64,000 bases of DNA, from assembly GCF_009914755.1 (NCBI RefSeq), contig NC_060937.1, one strand, 5' to 3'. The translations under genes were made by a program, and so were the position numbers. Below are positions 14,576 through 29,640 of the stretch, one piece after another (position 1 is the stretch's first letter; every line of letters begins with the position of its first letter). Origin of the DNA: the human T2T-CHM13v2.0 reference genome, Homo sapiens. The notes beneath the pieces are model-generated. The model was not told where the DNA came from and ran no database searches. It saw nothing but the letters and a program-made list of their open reading frames with translations.

Positions 14576-15727
14576 ATGTAAAGACACATTAAGACAGATA
14601 TGGTAACCAGTTGCCTTAAGGGGTTAAAAAAAAAAAAAGAGTGCAAGCATGATGTATTTAGCTGTCAGTGGAAATAATAAATGCTAGTGGTATTCCACTA
14701 GCATTCTTTTGTTAGTATCATCATACTTACGACCCTCTCATCTGACCCTGGAGCTCATTGCTGTCAGCACGGTAGTGCTATACATAAAGCCATCACTTCT
14801 GCGTGTCATTGTGAGAGGCCCTAACTCTGTCTGATGCATAGAAAGAATGCAACAAATGACAGCTGAATTATCTCCACAAGGGAGCAGGGACACATATTTA
14901 AGTGTAAAGTCTGAGGGTTTTATGGCTTGCCTAGTGAGTTGTTAATAAAGCTGAGTCAGCAACTTAGCCCTATTAACTAGTCCTGTGAACTCCCCGCTTC
15001 TCTACATGTGATTACCTCCACAAAATGCCTCTCACTTTTATATTGATTCAGTCCCCTATGTGGTTTCTAACTCCTTTCTGTTGCTTTCTCATGGGGGAAA
15101 AGAAAATCAATTCAGAGTGGCTGGAAGACATTTGGCTTTATCTAAAAGTGATCGATGGCAATAATTTTCATCTTTTTTATTCTCTTGTTCCATGAAGCTG
15201 AGCTTCAAAAAGCTTTGCAGAGAAAAAAAAAAAAAGGCCGATGGTGAGGAAAAACATAAGGTAATAGTACCTCAGGGGCAAGGGCTAAGAAGAGCTTTGT
15301 GACTCATTCAAGCGTAACATTCTGGATGCAACCGGGAAAATAATTTATATGTGAGCAAAGAGATAGATTTACAAAGAAGTTGAGGCAAAAATAGGCTTTG
15401 GCTATTTTTCATGTAATATGCATATTCAAAAACTAAGGTTTAGCCATGAGTCTTCAATGAAAATAACCACATGTGTGCTACATGATTGTTGGTCGGCCTA
15501 GTAGCTGCCTTGTAATTAGGAGATGGGTGTTCTCATTGTGCTTTTTATATTACCAAAGGTAGAGAGCAGAATATCTTGGAAGACAAGTTAGAAACATGAT
15601 GTATTTTACATTTCTCATGATTTTCTCTTATTCTATATGTGCAAAAATGTATACTTTGTTATTTGCTGATGAATCCTTTTATTTTAATTCTATATCATGT
15701 GATGAAAAAAAGATACATTTAAGTATT

Positions 15728-16396
15728 TGCAATGGATTGAATATTTGTCTCCCCCTAAAATGCATATGTTGAAATCTTTTTTTGAGATGGAGTTTCCCTC
15801 TGTTGTCCAGGCTGGAGTGCAGTGGCACAATCCTGGCTCACTGCAACCTCAGCCTCCCAGGTTAAAAAGATTCTTCCTGCCTTAGCCTCCTGAGTAGCTG
15901 GGACTACAGGGGCATGCTACCACGCTCAGCTAATTTTTGTATTTTTAGTAGAGACAGGGTTTCACCATGTTGGTCAGGCTGGTCTCGAATGCCTGACCTC
16001 AAGTGATCCACCTGCCTCAGCCTCCCAAAGTGCTGGGATTACAGGTGTGAGCCACTGTGCCCAGCCATATGTTGAAATCTTAACCCCCAATGTGATGGTA
16101 TTAGGAAGCAGGGCTTTGGGGAGGAAATTGGATAATAATAGTAGAGGCCTCATGTATGGGATTAGTACTCTTATAAAAGAAACCCCACAGAGCTTTCTCA
16201 CCTTCTTTCCCCCATGTGAGGATACAGTAAAAAGATAGTAGCCTGCAACCCAGAAGAGGATCCTACAAAGAAACTGACCTGCTGGCACTCTGATCGTGGA
16301 TTTCTAGCCTTCAAGACAATAGAAAATAAATTTCTGTTGTGTGTAAGCCACACAACCCATGGTACACTGTTACAGCAGCTTGAATTGACTAAGACA
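15728..16396 (+). mobile_element. MaLR LTR (MLT1A-like) split by an Alu
   Basis: TG...CA ends, 5-bp TSD gtatt, aataaatttctgttg..taagccac. Confidence 0.85.
15777..16066 (-). mobile_element. AluS
   Basis: Antisense Alu, TSD atatgttgaaatct. Confidence 0.95.
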
Positions 16397-16538
16397 GTAT
16401 TGAAATAAAAGTTTTCAATCTAAAGGGAAAAAATAATCTTAGACAAGTTAAACTGAAGGTTTCTTATTGGGAAATTAGGTGTCAACCCTCATGTGCCAGT
16501 CTCTTGTGACATCTGCTTGACTTAAACCTCTTGCTAGT

Positions 16539-16913
16539 TTTCAAACGAGTCCGTGTGAAGAGATCACCAAACAGGCTTTGTGTGAGCAATAAAGCTTTTT
16601 AATCACCTGGGTGCAGGCGGGCTGAGTCCGAAAAGGGAGTCAGTGAAGGGAGATGGGGTGGGGCTCTTTTATAGGATTTGGGTAGATAGTGGAAAATTAC
16701 AGTCAAAGGGGGTTGTTCTCCGGCTGGCAGGGGTGGGGGTCACAAGGTGCTCAGTGGGGGAGCTTTTGAGCCAGGATGAGGGAGAGAAGGAATTTCACAA
16801 GGTAATGTCATCAGTTAAGGCAGGAACCAGCCATTTTCACTTCTTTTGTGATTCTTCACTTGCTTCAGGCCATCTGGATGAATACTTGCAGGCTTGGGCT
16901 CAGAGGCCCGACA
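16539..16913 (-). mobile_element. Solo LTR7-family (HERV-H) LTR
   Basis: Minus strand reads tgtcgggcctctgagcccaagc...gtttgaaa; 5-bp TSD ctagt at 16534-16538 and 16914-16918. Confidence 0.9.
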
Positions 16914-16937
16914 CTAGTAACAAAGGGTGACTCTCTC

Positions 16938-18600
16938 TGTGTCCGGAATTGGTGGGTTCTTGGTCTCACTGACTTCAAGAATGAAGCCACGGACCCCCAC
17001 AGTGAGTGTTACAGCTCTTAAGGTGGCGCCTCTGGAGTTTGTTCCTTCTGATGTTCAGATGTGTTCAGAGTTTCTTCCTTCTGGTGGGTTCGTGGTCTCG
17101 ATGGCTCAAAAGTGAAGCTACAGACCTTTGCGGTGAGTGTTACAGCTCTTAAGGCAGCGCGTCTGGAGTTGTTCGTTCCTCCCGGTGGGCTCGTGGTCTT
17201 GCTGGGCTCAGGAGTGAAGCTGCAGATCTTCGCGGTAAGTGTTACAGCTCATAAAAGCAGCGTGGACCCAAAGAGTGATCAGTAGCAAGACTTATTGCAA
17301 AGAGCAAAAGAACAAAACTTCCACAGTGTGGAAGGGGCCCCGAGCAGGTTGCCACTGCCGGCTCGGGCAGCCTGCTTTTATTCTCTTATCTGGCCCCACC
17401 CACATCCTGCTGATTGGTAGAGCCAAGTGGTCTGTTTTGACAGGGCGCTGATTGGTGCGTTTACAATCCCTGAGCTAGACACAAAGGTTCTCCACGTCCC
17501 CATCAGATTAGTTAGATACAGAATATCGACACAAAGGTTCTCCAAGGCCCCACCAGAGTAGCTAGATACAGTGTCAATTGGTGCACTCACAAACCCTGAG
17601 CTAGACACAGGGTGCTGATTGGAGTGTTTACAAACCTTGAGCTAGATACAGAGTGCCGACTGGTGTATTTACAATCCCTGAGCTAGACATAAAGGTTCTC
17701 CAAGGCCCCACCAGAGCAGCTAGATACAGAGTGTCAATTGGTGCACTCACAAACCCTGAGCTAGACACAGGGTGCTGATTGGTGTGTTTACAATCCCTGA
17801 CCTAGACATAAAGGTTCTCCAAGGCCCCACCAGAGCAGCTAGATACAGAGTGTCGATTAGTGCACTCACAAACCTTGAGCTAGACACAGGGTGCTGATTG
17901 GTGTGTTTACAATCCCTGAGCTAGATATAAAGACTCTCCATGTCCCCACCAGACTCAGGAGCCCAGCTGGCTTCACCCAGTGGATCCCGCACCGGGGCTG
18001 CAGGTGGAGCTGCCTGCCAGTCCCCCGCCATGTGCTCGCACTCCTCAGCCCTTGGGCGGTCGATGGGACTGGGCACCGTGGAGCAGGGGGCGGCATTCGT
18101 CCGGAGGCTTGGGCTGCACAGGAACCCACGGAGGCGGGGGAAGGCTCAGGCATGGCGGGCTGCAGTCCCAAGGCCTGCCCTGCGGGAAGGCAGCTAACGC
18201 CCAGTGAGAAATCGAGCGCAGCGCCGGTGGGCTGGCACTGCTGGGGGACCCAGTACACCCTCCACAGCCACTGGCCCAGGTGCTAAGTCCCTCATTGCCT
18301 GGGGCCAGCAGGGCTGGCCGGCTGCTTCGAGTGCAGGCCCGCCAAGCCCACACCCACCCGGAACTCCAGCTGGCCTGCAAGCGCCACACACAGCCCCGGT
18401 TCCCGCTGGCGCCTCTCCCTCCACACCTCCCTGCAAGCTGAGGGAGTGGGCTCCAGCCTTGGCCAGCCCAGAAAGGGACTCCCACAGTGCAGTGGTGGGC
18501 TGAAGGGCTCCTCAAATGCCGCCAAAGTGGGAGCCCAGGCAGCGGAGGTGCCAAGAGCAAGTGAGGGCTCTGAGGACTGCCAGCACGCTGTCACCTCTCA
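16938..18600 (-). mobile_element. LTR12C-type ERV9 3' LTR
   Basis: Minus strand reads tgagaggtgacagcgtgctggc...ccaattccggacaca; tandem CCAAT/GATA repeats at about 17400-17940; CpG-rich U3; preceded by the polypurine tract at 18601-18611. Confidence 0.95.
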
Positions 18601-19372
18601 ATCCCCCCTCTAAACAGGACACCCCAACTGCTGTTGGGAATTTGGCCGATGACAGCTCTAGCTACTTCCTGCTGGATAGGGGCGAAGAAGGGGCCCTGCA
18701 GTTGTGGTGTCCTTCAGAGGGGAACTCTCTAGGCCAGGGGAAGTGCCAGCGGGTCAGTCCAGGGGTCCTCGGTAGAAGTTGTTAGTTGAACTCATTTGGG
18801 GTTCCATTTGTAAGACCATCTGTAGCTTGATGGCCTCGATTCTAGAGGAAACAAATTTGACAAGAAGGTTAAAAATACAGGGCCCAAAGGCGAGTAACAG
18901 CAAGATGGCTGCCACATGACCTAGAAAGAGGGGAAGCCATGTTGCCCAACTCCAGAGGTTGGTATAAGAATTTGAAAGGCGTTGTCTGATTTCAGAAGCC
19001 CTTTCCTGTAAACGCTGGGCAGCATCTCATACTATCCCCTACTGGTTAGTGTAAAAACAACACTCTTCCCCTAAGAAGGTGCAGAGTCCTCCTTTCTCAG
19101 CAGTGAGGAGGTCTAGGCCTCGGCGGTTTTGGAGAGTCACTGCTGCCAAACAGTCTATTTGGGATTGTAAGGCAAGGATAGATTTTGTTATTTCTTGCAA
19201 ACTGAGAGGCAGATATGGGTTGAAGATCCACATAAGTAGAATATGCCATGGCTGGGTAGATAGAAATTTACCCTGGCTTTTAAAGGAATAGGGTACACCG
19301 TTTTTTTCTTTACTACTTTCATCTCTCTCTTTCTGTCTTCGATTTCTTCTTTGTCTCTTTCTCTCTTTTTAA
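18601..19372 (-). pseudogene. HERV9 internal remnant: truncated env (TM region) and PPT
   Basis: ORF 19039-19233 encodes [18 protein letters not shown] (CKS-17 immunosuppressive domain) and CTFLGEECC (CX6CC); premature stop; SU largely missing. Confidence 0.9.
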
Positions 19373-19823
19373 CTCAGACACCGAGTTGTAGAAGGAAGGG
19401 CTTTATTCAGCTGGGAGCATTGGCAAGCTACTGCCTTAAAATCCGAGCTCCTCGAGTGCACAATTTCTGTCCCTTTTGAGGGCTCACAACACTAAAGATT
19501 TCACATGAAAGGGTCGTGATTGATTGAGCAATCTAGGGGATACGTGACAGGGGTTTCATGCACTGGTAGTCAGAGTGAAACAGAACAGAGCAGGGAGTTT
19601 CACAGTGTTCTTTTATACAATGCCTGAAATCTATGGGTAACATCGGGTTCTAAGTCATGAGTTGATTTTTAACTACTGGGTTTAGGCTAGGCAGGCCCAG
19701 GCCTGGTTTCGAGCCTGGCGCCGGGCTGCCCGTCTTTGGTTTTACTTCCTTGTTGTTTTTTCTTTTTTTCTTAAAACAGGTACTGAGTATAAAACCATAT
19801 GAGAAGGTCTCTCTCTTCCCTCA
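19373..19823 (-). mobile_element. LTR2B/C-type (HERV-E/Harlequin) LTR lacking its U5 terminus
   Basis: Minus strand starts tgagggaagagagagacc; homologous to the LTR at 10638-11099 but stops at tgtctgag, about 30 bp short of ...ctgctaca. Confidence 0.85.
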
Positions 19824-20870
19824 AATTTACATTTATACATAGAGAGCAGAATATCTTGGAGGACAAGTTAGAAACATGATGTATTTTACATTTCATGTAA
19901 GGTTGCAGTTCCTTGCATAGAAACGCAAAGGAGGGAAATAGCTTCAGGCCATGGCTTCATGTTTATTTAATGTAACAATAGATAGGCTTTGCTACTTCTG
20001 AGTCCCATGAACAGGCATAGGTGCAATGAACAAGGTGTGGTTTGCTCTTGGGAACAATGAGAGGTGAACAACTCTCTTGAGAGGAAAATTCTATATTGAA
20101 TCTTCTGAGTGCTTTGTGTGTGTGCATTAGCATGTGTGGTGGTATCTCATCCAATCACTAACTCTCCACAGAAGGGTCACAGGCTGTTGAATTGAGGAAA
20201 TCATAGCTAAGTAGGAATTGGTGGTAGCCATAAGTCCATGTGCTTGCTCTTGGGGAAGGGGAAAAGATACCAAGAACGACTCTGCTGAAGGTTGTGAAAG
20301 GAAATCCAGTCTTTTTAGACAGAAATGAGTATTCAACAAGAAAAAGAGGATGGAATACATTTGGAATAAAGGGAAATCAAATCAAGGTAAAAGAATATGA
20401 TACCTGCAACAAAGAGAAGGCGCTTTGTTAAGTTACACCTTCAGGGCTATGTATCATCAGGCATAAAGCTCTGTCTTCAAAGGTGATTAGAACTTCCAAA
20501 GAGAAAATAATATTAAAAAGAAGTGGTAGGGAGAACTTCTGTTACAGATGATGGAGGAGGAACAGATGGGTCAAGGCTGCTGGTGATTCCTGATGGATAG
20601 TTTCAGACAGTGTGCCTTGACCAGATAAGAGGCACGGAAGAACACTGGGCTCGACTTCCTCCTTTGATACATGAATAACACAAGGCCTGGAGGAGTCATA
20701 TAAGGCGAATGGGACCAAAGCCTTAATCATTGCTAACTCTTCTCAACAACAGTGCTTTGGTTTCACCATGGCACTTACAAGGGAGCTATTTTTATGAGGT
20801 ATCTAGCTTTGGGAAGGAATAACACATTCTATCTGCAAAATATTCCTACAGCATATAAGAAGCACAGATC

Positions 20871-21180
<310 letters not shown>

Positions 21181-21968
21181 TTACACATATTCTTTAATTT
21201 TTACAACAAACTTATGAGGGGATTACTATTATTTTATACTATACACTATACTGCTTTATACTATATTTTAATACTATTGTTATCTCCCTTTTACAAATGT
21301 GGAAACCAGGGCACAGACCAGGAGCCAGCCATAGAAAGAATTGGTTTTGTGCATCATCTTTGAGTACAAGGGGAGGTTATTTTTAAAATATTCTTGCAAC
21401 ATACAGAAATTAACATCTCAAAGCATTTGATCACCCCAAGGGAATCACATTTGTGAAGAATCATAGGGACCAATTACCATGATTATCAAAGTCATTTTCA
21501 TTATGGTAAAGAAGCCACATTCAAACACTTTGAGAAGCAGCACAGCTTGTTTTATAGCTATATTCTTTCCTGCTTTCCTTTTCCCAGCCTGACTTCACTT
21601 TCACATTTTAGATTAAACATGAATTGTGCCCTAGGATTTCAAGCCATAAAGTGGAATGATATTTATGTATTTTCAACAAAGAGCATCCTTTTAAAATGTT
21701 ACTAATTGCTAAATAGTCACATTTATATATTATAAAATTACTCAATAATAACTTCAAGTCAAAATACTTTGAAAAAAGAATAGAGGGTTTCCGCTTTAAC
21801 GATATTTTTGTAATGGTGTGAAGTCTTTTAGGCAATATAAGCCCATAACCCCTTCCCCATTTACTTCCTGCTCCTATTTGAGGAAGGGGGCAGGCAAATG
21901 TCAGCAGTAAAAATTCTGAAGAACAGACTGGAGCAGTGGGTGAGCACTAGAAGTGACATTTTTTAATC

Positions 21969-22793
<825 letters not shown>

Positions 22794-22817
22794 CTATTTA
22801 TCTTTTCTCCATATCCA

Positions 22818-23294
22818 TGGTAGACGTTAGCCCCCACTGAACCATGCTTTCTGGTATTCACACCCTATGTACACCCCTCTGGGCTTGACCATAGATCTAG
22901 TTTTTGCTAATAGGACATTAGCAAGTGTGGTGAATGCGGGGATTTATAAGCACTTGCACATTGGGGATTCTACTCTTGGAGCATTCCTTTTTAAAACCCC
23001 AACCACCATGCTGTCAGGAAGCTCAAGTAGCCACATGGACACACATATGTGGAGGAGAACTGAGACCTCTGGTTGAAAGTCCCAGCTGAGCTCCCATCTT
23101 GTGGCCTACACCTATTGCCAGCCATGTGAGTGAGGTCATTTGGACCTTCCAGTCACTCCGAAACCCCAGTTGATACCATAATGTGCAGAAGAACCAACCA
23201 GTCAATTCACAGAATCCTGAGAAAGAATAAATTGTTTTTGTTAAGCCACTGAGTTTTGGGCTTGTTTGTTACACATCAGTAGATAACCGAAACA
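22818..23294 (+). mobile_element. MaLR LTR (MLT1F/G/H-like)
   Basis: gccagccatgtgagtgag, acagaatc.tgaga..aataaattgttt..ttaagccactgagttttggg..agtagataac. Confidence 0.8.
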
Positions 23295-23349
23295 AGCCTT
23301 CTGCACTCTGCTAGTTCAGAAACTGATCAGTTTCCTTCTAGGTTACTGT

Positions 23350-24095
23350 CGTCACCTTGGAAATAACTCCCTACATTCAACCACTCCATTGTATACTCTA
23401 AACTCTACCCAGAGCGATCTTTCTTGAAACCATCAGTGCCTCCTCAGGGCCTGTAAGATAAAGCCTGGTCCAAAACCTGGAACATGAAGATTAGGATAAT
23501 CTGGCCCTTACTGATATCTCCAGTTCAGCCTATTACTTTACTCCAGCTCTCACATGCTACCAAGGCCCAGGCTCTCTTGAGCCAACCTCCCCACTTCCAC
23601 CTCTTTGCCCTTCAGGTAGAAAGGGCAAAGAGGGTTCAGGTGGAGGGGTCCTGCTAACCCCTCTGTGCCCTTCAGGACCCAGCCCCCATGAAACTCTCCA
23701 GGATCCTTTAGCACTCTGCCTACCTCTATTATAGCACTTACCTACTGTACTGCAATTGTCTCCTTTTTAATCTCTTCACACCCTATGTACACCCCGCTCC
23801 CGGCTGATCTGTGCTTCTTACATGCTATAAGAATATTTTGCAGATAGAAATGTGTTATTCCTTCCCAAAGCTAGATACCCCATAAAAATAGCTCCCTCGT
23901 GAGTGCCATGGTGAAACTCACTCAACAGTACTGTTGAGAAGAGTTAGCAATGATTAAGGCTTTGGTCCCACTCGCCTTATGTACAGTTAGATTGTAGATG
24001 ATTTGAGGACATGGAATTGATATTTCATTTCTATATTCAGCACTGGCCACTGTGCTTGGAACATTGTAGGTGCCCAGAATGTGTTTGCTGAATGG
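23350..24095 (+). mobile_element. L2 3' region, interrupted at 23775-23980
   Basis: tagcacttacc..ctgtactgcaattgtct / tagattgtag..tttgaggacatgg..cactgtgcttggaacat.gtaggtgc..tgtttgctgaatg. Confidence 0.65.
23794..23980 (-). repeat. Inverted duplicate of 20700-20882
   Basis: Reverse complement aligns to 20700-20882 at about 93-94% by manual count, outside one rewritten patch. Confidence 0.95.
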
Positions 24096-25299
24096 GTTTT
24101 ATTTACTCCACTCTATGATCATTCCAAGATAACACTGTTTATTTTTCCCAGCCTTATCCTTACTCCCACATGCAGGATGGATGGGGAAGCTGATGGCTCT
24201 AAGTAGAATGATTTGACCAAGGTGACATCTTATGTTCTAGAATAATATCATATGGGTCCCAGAAAATCAAGTTTACCCAGATTTCAAAAAAGAAAGCCAA
24301 GATTCAAATGTGGGAATGTTGTTACAGACAAGAGTTTAGAACTTCACTAACTCCAGCACATTCTCCAGGATTCATGTCATGGTGCACTTCCTCTGAGACC
24401 CCATCCCTTAATCACATGGGTTAGATTACACATGGGTTAGATTCAAAGGCTTTTCTCCATGTTCTCACAAGACTGTTTATTCTTTGCTTAACATTGTATG
24501 GTAATTGTCTGTTAATTCGTTTTTCTGTCCTCATTTGCCATTAGACTTGGGTTCCTTGAATGAAAGAACTATATCTCAGTCATATCTCAGGGGTCTAGCA
24601 CAATGTTGACAAATCATATATGTTCATGAAATATTTGCTATATTAGCGAATGAATGAATCAAGAGAAAGAGACTCAGTGAAAGCAGGCTGAGATTAAATG
24701 GGATTAGAGAGGGAGCACAATGAGTCAAAATGCTTTCTTGAACACAAGCTGATATTTGTGACTTCCTTCCCGGGTACATTGTATATCAGCCTAGCTTAAT
24801 AACCAGAGGGGAGATGGGCAACTCATCCCAGGTTTGGGACCTCACCAATTCTCCCAGTGAAATTCCTTAATGCGCTCTTGTGGCTTCCAAATTTATTTCA
24901 GCCCCAAATTATCACAATGACGCTCAATATGCAAAATGAATGAAAGCAGATTTTTCTGGTTGAAGTGGGTCAGAGGACTGAGACTCCACCCATTGGCCCT
25001 TTTCTGCTATCAGCCCACTTCTTCCTCCCCCTTCCAATTCAGCAGCACCCAAAGGTGCTTCACAGAAGCCTAGTTTTCAAACCACTCTCCTAAAGCTTTC
25101 TTAAGACATGAATGAAGGTGCCATGACTGCTTTTCTGGTCCATTTTCTCTAATGGCAGTGAGCATTGGAGCTGATGGTAGGCATGCAGCACAGAGCAGGT
25201 GGTCTAATGACTTCTTTGGCCAATTTATATAAGATTGTTCCATCTCTTCTCCATCCTTGCTTCATTTTATGTCCTCTCAGCTCAGCTTTCTCTTCAGCC

Positions 25300-26453
<1,154 letters not shown>

Positions 26454-27679
26454 TCATCCCTGCTGTATTTTATATTTATTTATGTTTATTTTTCTTCCTT
26501 ACCTAGAATATAAACAACACAGGAGCTGGGACTTCATTTCTTTCAATAGTGTATTACCAATGCTTTGAATAATGCCTGGTATGTAATAAGTCTTTTAAAA
26601 ATTAATCTGTTGAATCTGTGGCTATATTTCTGAATCCCTGGTTGTCAGGATAGATGTGAGTTGGACGTGTTCATCAGGAGACACATACACTTGGTAGGGG
26701 ACTAGAGTCCAGTGTGGATATATGCAGGGCTAAACAAGTTCCCACTACCAGCAGATATGCAGTCTTTTGTAGACTGCAAGGCTCTCCTCACAGCAGGCAA
26801 TGTGCACAAAGCACCATCCACACCACGGTTGAGACATAGCCGCCCTGCCTTACATTATGCCCATTCAACTGGTGTCACAGGAGACAGGAGACTTGGGGGT
26901 CATCTGCCCTGGACCAAACTTGAGCCAGTGAGAACAGGGGCCCCTTGTTGCAGTAAGAAGCCATGATCGGTCCCAAGCTGGGCCTCCAGCCTCTCTTGTT
27001 GAAGGGAGAACAGGATGGGACTCACCACTACTCCTGGCCATATTGGGGTTGGTTCCCACAGGCATGAGGTAGGAACAAGGATTTCTCTCCTGACAATGAG
27101 AGATGCCAGGAGGCATCTGACTGCCAGAAAGAACAGGGATGAGCTCCAAATCTGGAGGTCCAAAGAATTAAGAACTAGGATAATGAAACCGAGTAAAAGT
27201 ACCCCAGAATTAAATGGGTGGTACATCTGAGTATTTGCACTAAAATATGGCTGATTGATTCTTTGGCTTTATACACTGTCAGAAGGACAGTAATCCGGCT
27301 GTAAGGACAGATGTGGGGCAGCTGCTATCAGACAGCTTAAAAACACAATGAAGAAAATAATCAGGGCTCATGATCTAAAAAATAATAGTAGATTTTGGGA
27401 TAAAGAGGGCCAGTTATTTGGAACTGTAAAATGTAAGGTGACTATAATTGCACTAGGTCACTCTTGGTAAAATATTTCAGCAAATGCTGTGAAGGCTTAT
27501 CTCTGGGAATAGCATTTTTAGTGCTGTGTTTAGAGAGACTGCTGGGCTGGTAACAGCGCTAACTCTTCATGGTTAGGGGCATTTAAAATAATTTAGAGGG
27601 TTTTGTCTCAAAATAGCCTAGAAAACTGGCTAAAAATGCAAACTGCAGGACTTCATCCCAGCAAGATTCTGAGCAAATG

Positions 27680-27760
27680 AGGATCTGTACTTTAATCTAA
27701 CACCCCAGGCAATTCTGATACAAGGCCAGTCAATACCACACTTGAAAAACACTGGTTTAA
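27680..27760. mobile_element. MER5-like hAT fragment
   Basis: aacaccccagg.aattctgat.ca..accacacttga.aaacactggt. Confidence 0.5.
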
Positions 27761-28723
27761 TACTTAGCATGATCTTCTGGCTCAAGAGCTTTTGGAACTC
27801 ATTGACATTTGAGAGGCATACACCACTAAATAATTCCATATCCCTATGTCCCCCAAACTCAATCACCTTTTTCATGCAGCTGGAGTAACATGGTTTTACT
27901 TTACATTCTTTGTCCGGAACATCTCACTTATATTTTGGAACAGACTGTGGAAGAGGGAATTCATTTCTAGTCTGATCAGCTGAGAATGAGATATATAACT
28001 GTCCAGTTGCCTCAAACCTTTCTAGAAAGGTCTGAAAATTATGTATACCCACCTCTCCCCACGCCCATTAAAAATACATTAAAAGATCTTTTCAGGTTTT
28101 TAATACTTTTAATGGGTAACTGGACGTAAAGACATCAGTAGAGAATGCAAAATTAAGAAACTTGTGCAGAATCCTGTGCTTTGGGTTTGTTTACAAGAAA
28201 GAGATGAAAGTTGAAAGGAAGCAGAGAGGGCTACATCACTGCCACACAAAGATAGACCCCAGGCCTGTGTGTCCCCTGCGGACAGCATTTCAACTCACAT
28301 AAGCAGGTTTCTGGGCAACTGTATGTTCTTCTTTCAGACAACTTTCTAGTGGCATATGATCTTTTGTGATCTACTTTTTCATCCTTTCTCCTGTCTACCA
28401 GAACAACCATTAAGAAATCTGGGCTCTGCACCAACTCTAATAATGGTGGGGCAGAACTTTATAGCGAAACTTTAGTCCAGGAGAATGGAGAGTTGAAGTC
28501 TTTTTTCACTTCTATAAGGACATCAGTGATAGAAGCCACTCTGGAAATAAGCATTGTGTTCAGTTTCAATCATAATATTTTATTTAGAGGATAATATTTA
28601 AGAAGAATAGTGACAAACTAAAGAGAAGGATGAGAGATTCTTAGAAATCTTTTAAAAATGGGAAATATCTGAGAAAGCAGAGTGCATTTGCACATTTAAT
28701 TTTTCAAAATATATTATAAACTA

Positions 28724-29038
<315 letters not shown>

Positions 29039-29640
29039 GAATTCTGAGATGCACATCTTTTCATGTTTTAACAACTCTGAAGCCATCCAAACAGCAATGA
29101 CTCAGATTAAAAGGTAGCACAGTACCAATATCATTGAAAACTCCTGGTGTGTCTACTGAGTCACATTCCACTCTCTTACCTTCCTGAGGTGACCATTACC
29201 TATAGTTTTACACTTGTCATTGCATTCGTTTTTACTATAATTACATTTTATATGTATGTATCTTTACTAAGACATTAGTTATATTTTCATGTTCTTGAGA
29301 TTTTATAATTGATATTGTACCATAGTTTAAATTTCATTCAACTCATTTCTGAGATTTATGAATGTTATATATGATTTAATCATTTTCATTACTGCTCAGT
29401 ATTCCACTATATGAAGGTACCAAATTTATCAATTTTCTATCTAGGACACTTGGGTTACTTCCAGGGTTTTTTTTTTTTTTTGTCACTATAAACAACACTG
29501 GAGTAAACCTTGTACATGTTAAAACCTATTGATTTATAGAAGATTTATAGGTTCTGGACACGATCACTTGTGTTATGTATGCCACAAAGATCTTCTAGTT
29601 TATGGGTTGTATTTGTTCCTTTCTTTATTGTATCATTCTT

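Noticed and set aside
17400-17940. Tandem gctgattgg/gctagataca repeats and overlapping GC-rich ORFs to 18600
   Set aside because: Normal LTR12 U3 enhancer array and GC-rich LTR sequence
24413-24443. Short tandem duplication cacatgggttagatt x2 (similar ones near 4689-4718 and 56457-56475)
   Set aside because: Common slippage products; no further structure
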